A stretch of 64,000 bases of DNA, from the NCBI RefSeq assembly GCF_001194135.2, contig NC_068984.1, positions 26,279,059-26,343,058 on the forward strand, read 5' to 3'. The position numbers were made by a program, and so were the translations under genes. Position 1 is the stretch's first letter; every line of letters begins with the position of its first letter. The notes beneath the pieces were generated by a model. That model had not been told where the DNA came from. It saw only the letters and a list, made by a program, of their open reading frames with translations, and searched no databases. The DNA comes from Octopus bimaculoides. Lineage: Eukaryota. Positions 63,578 to 64,000 of the stretch are shown here, piece after piece.

Positions 63578-63668
63578 CTCACTCACTCACTCACTAACTC
63601 ACTCACTCACTCACTCACTCACTCACTCACTCACTCACTCACTCACTCACCCACTCACTCACTCACTC
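63578..63668. repeat. (CACT)n microsatellite
   Basis: Directly visible. Confidence 0.95.
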
Positions 63669-64000
63669 TATCCTACTAACATAATCTAGAGACAAGCCGA
63701 GGTGGGGTGTCTCATCTTAGGCTCAGATGTATAGAAACTTCAGCTAGCGTTAAAGATCCCCAAAATGGTAAAGAATATCCCATGCATATCAGAATATTCA
63801 TCTATAGACAAAAACATTTCATGGTGACAGCTTGTCTGTGATGCTTTTCATCCTGACAGAGAACTTGTCAACCCTGTTGAGGAAATGAAAAACTACACAC
63901 CAGAAACTGTTGTCAAGAGAAACATTAATATCCATATCTCTTTCTTGCCGACGATCTTGCTGCATTCAAGTAAAATTCACAACACCAAGAGATAGAAATG

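Overview
AT-rich, microsatellite-saturated, N-gapped eukaryotic scaffold; the SINE/LINE repertoire points to an octopus genome (inference). There are no prokaryotic features such as operons or CRISPR. Only one host coding segment is supportable: a minus-strand exon (9198-8517) with a clean GTAAG donor, encoding a 227-aa Ser/Ala/Gly-rich N-terminus that I recall resembling lophotrochozoan Post2 (posterior Hox) N-termini. No homeobox exon is visible in the window, so the intron appears to be >8.5 kb, and ~55 kb upstream is a gene desert. That desert holds four tRNA-derived SINE families, a ~1.2-kb mariner relic plus two mariner MITEs, other fold-back/MITE elements, RTE and CR1-like LINE ends, and at least six restriction-like-endonuclease (R4/Dong-type) LINE fragments. 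The most notable hidden structure is a complete type I hammerhead ribozyme on the minus strand (26411-26340), accompanied by several decayed hammerhead motifs of the kind known from Penelope-like elements/retrozymes. All alignments, folds and translations were done by eye, and repeat boundaries are approximate.
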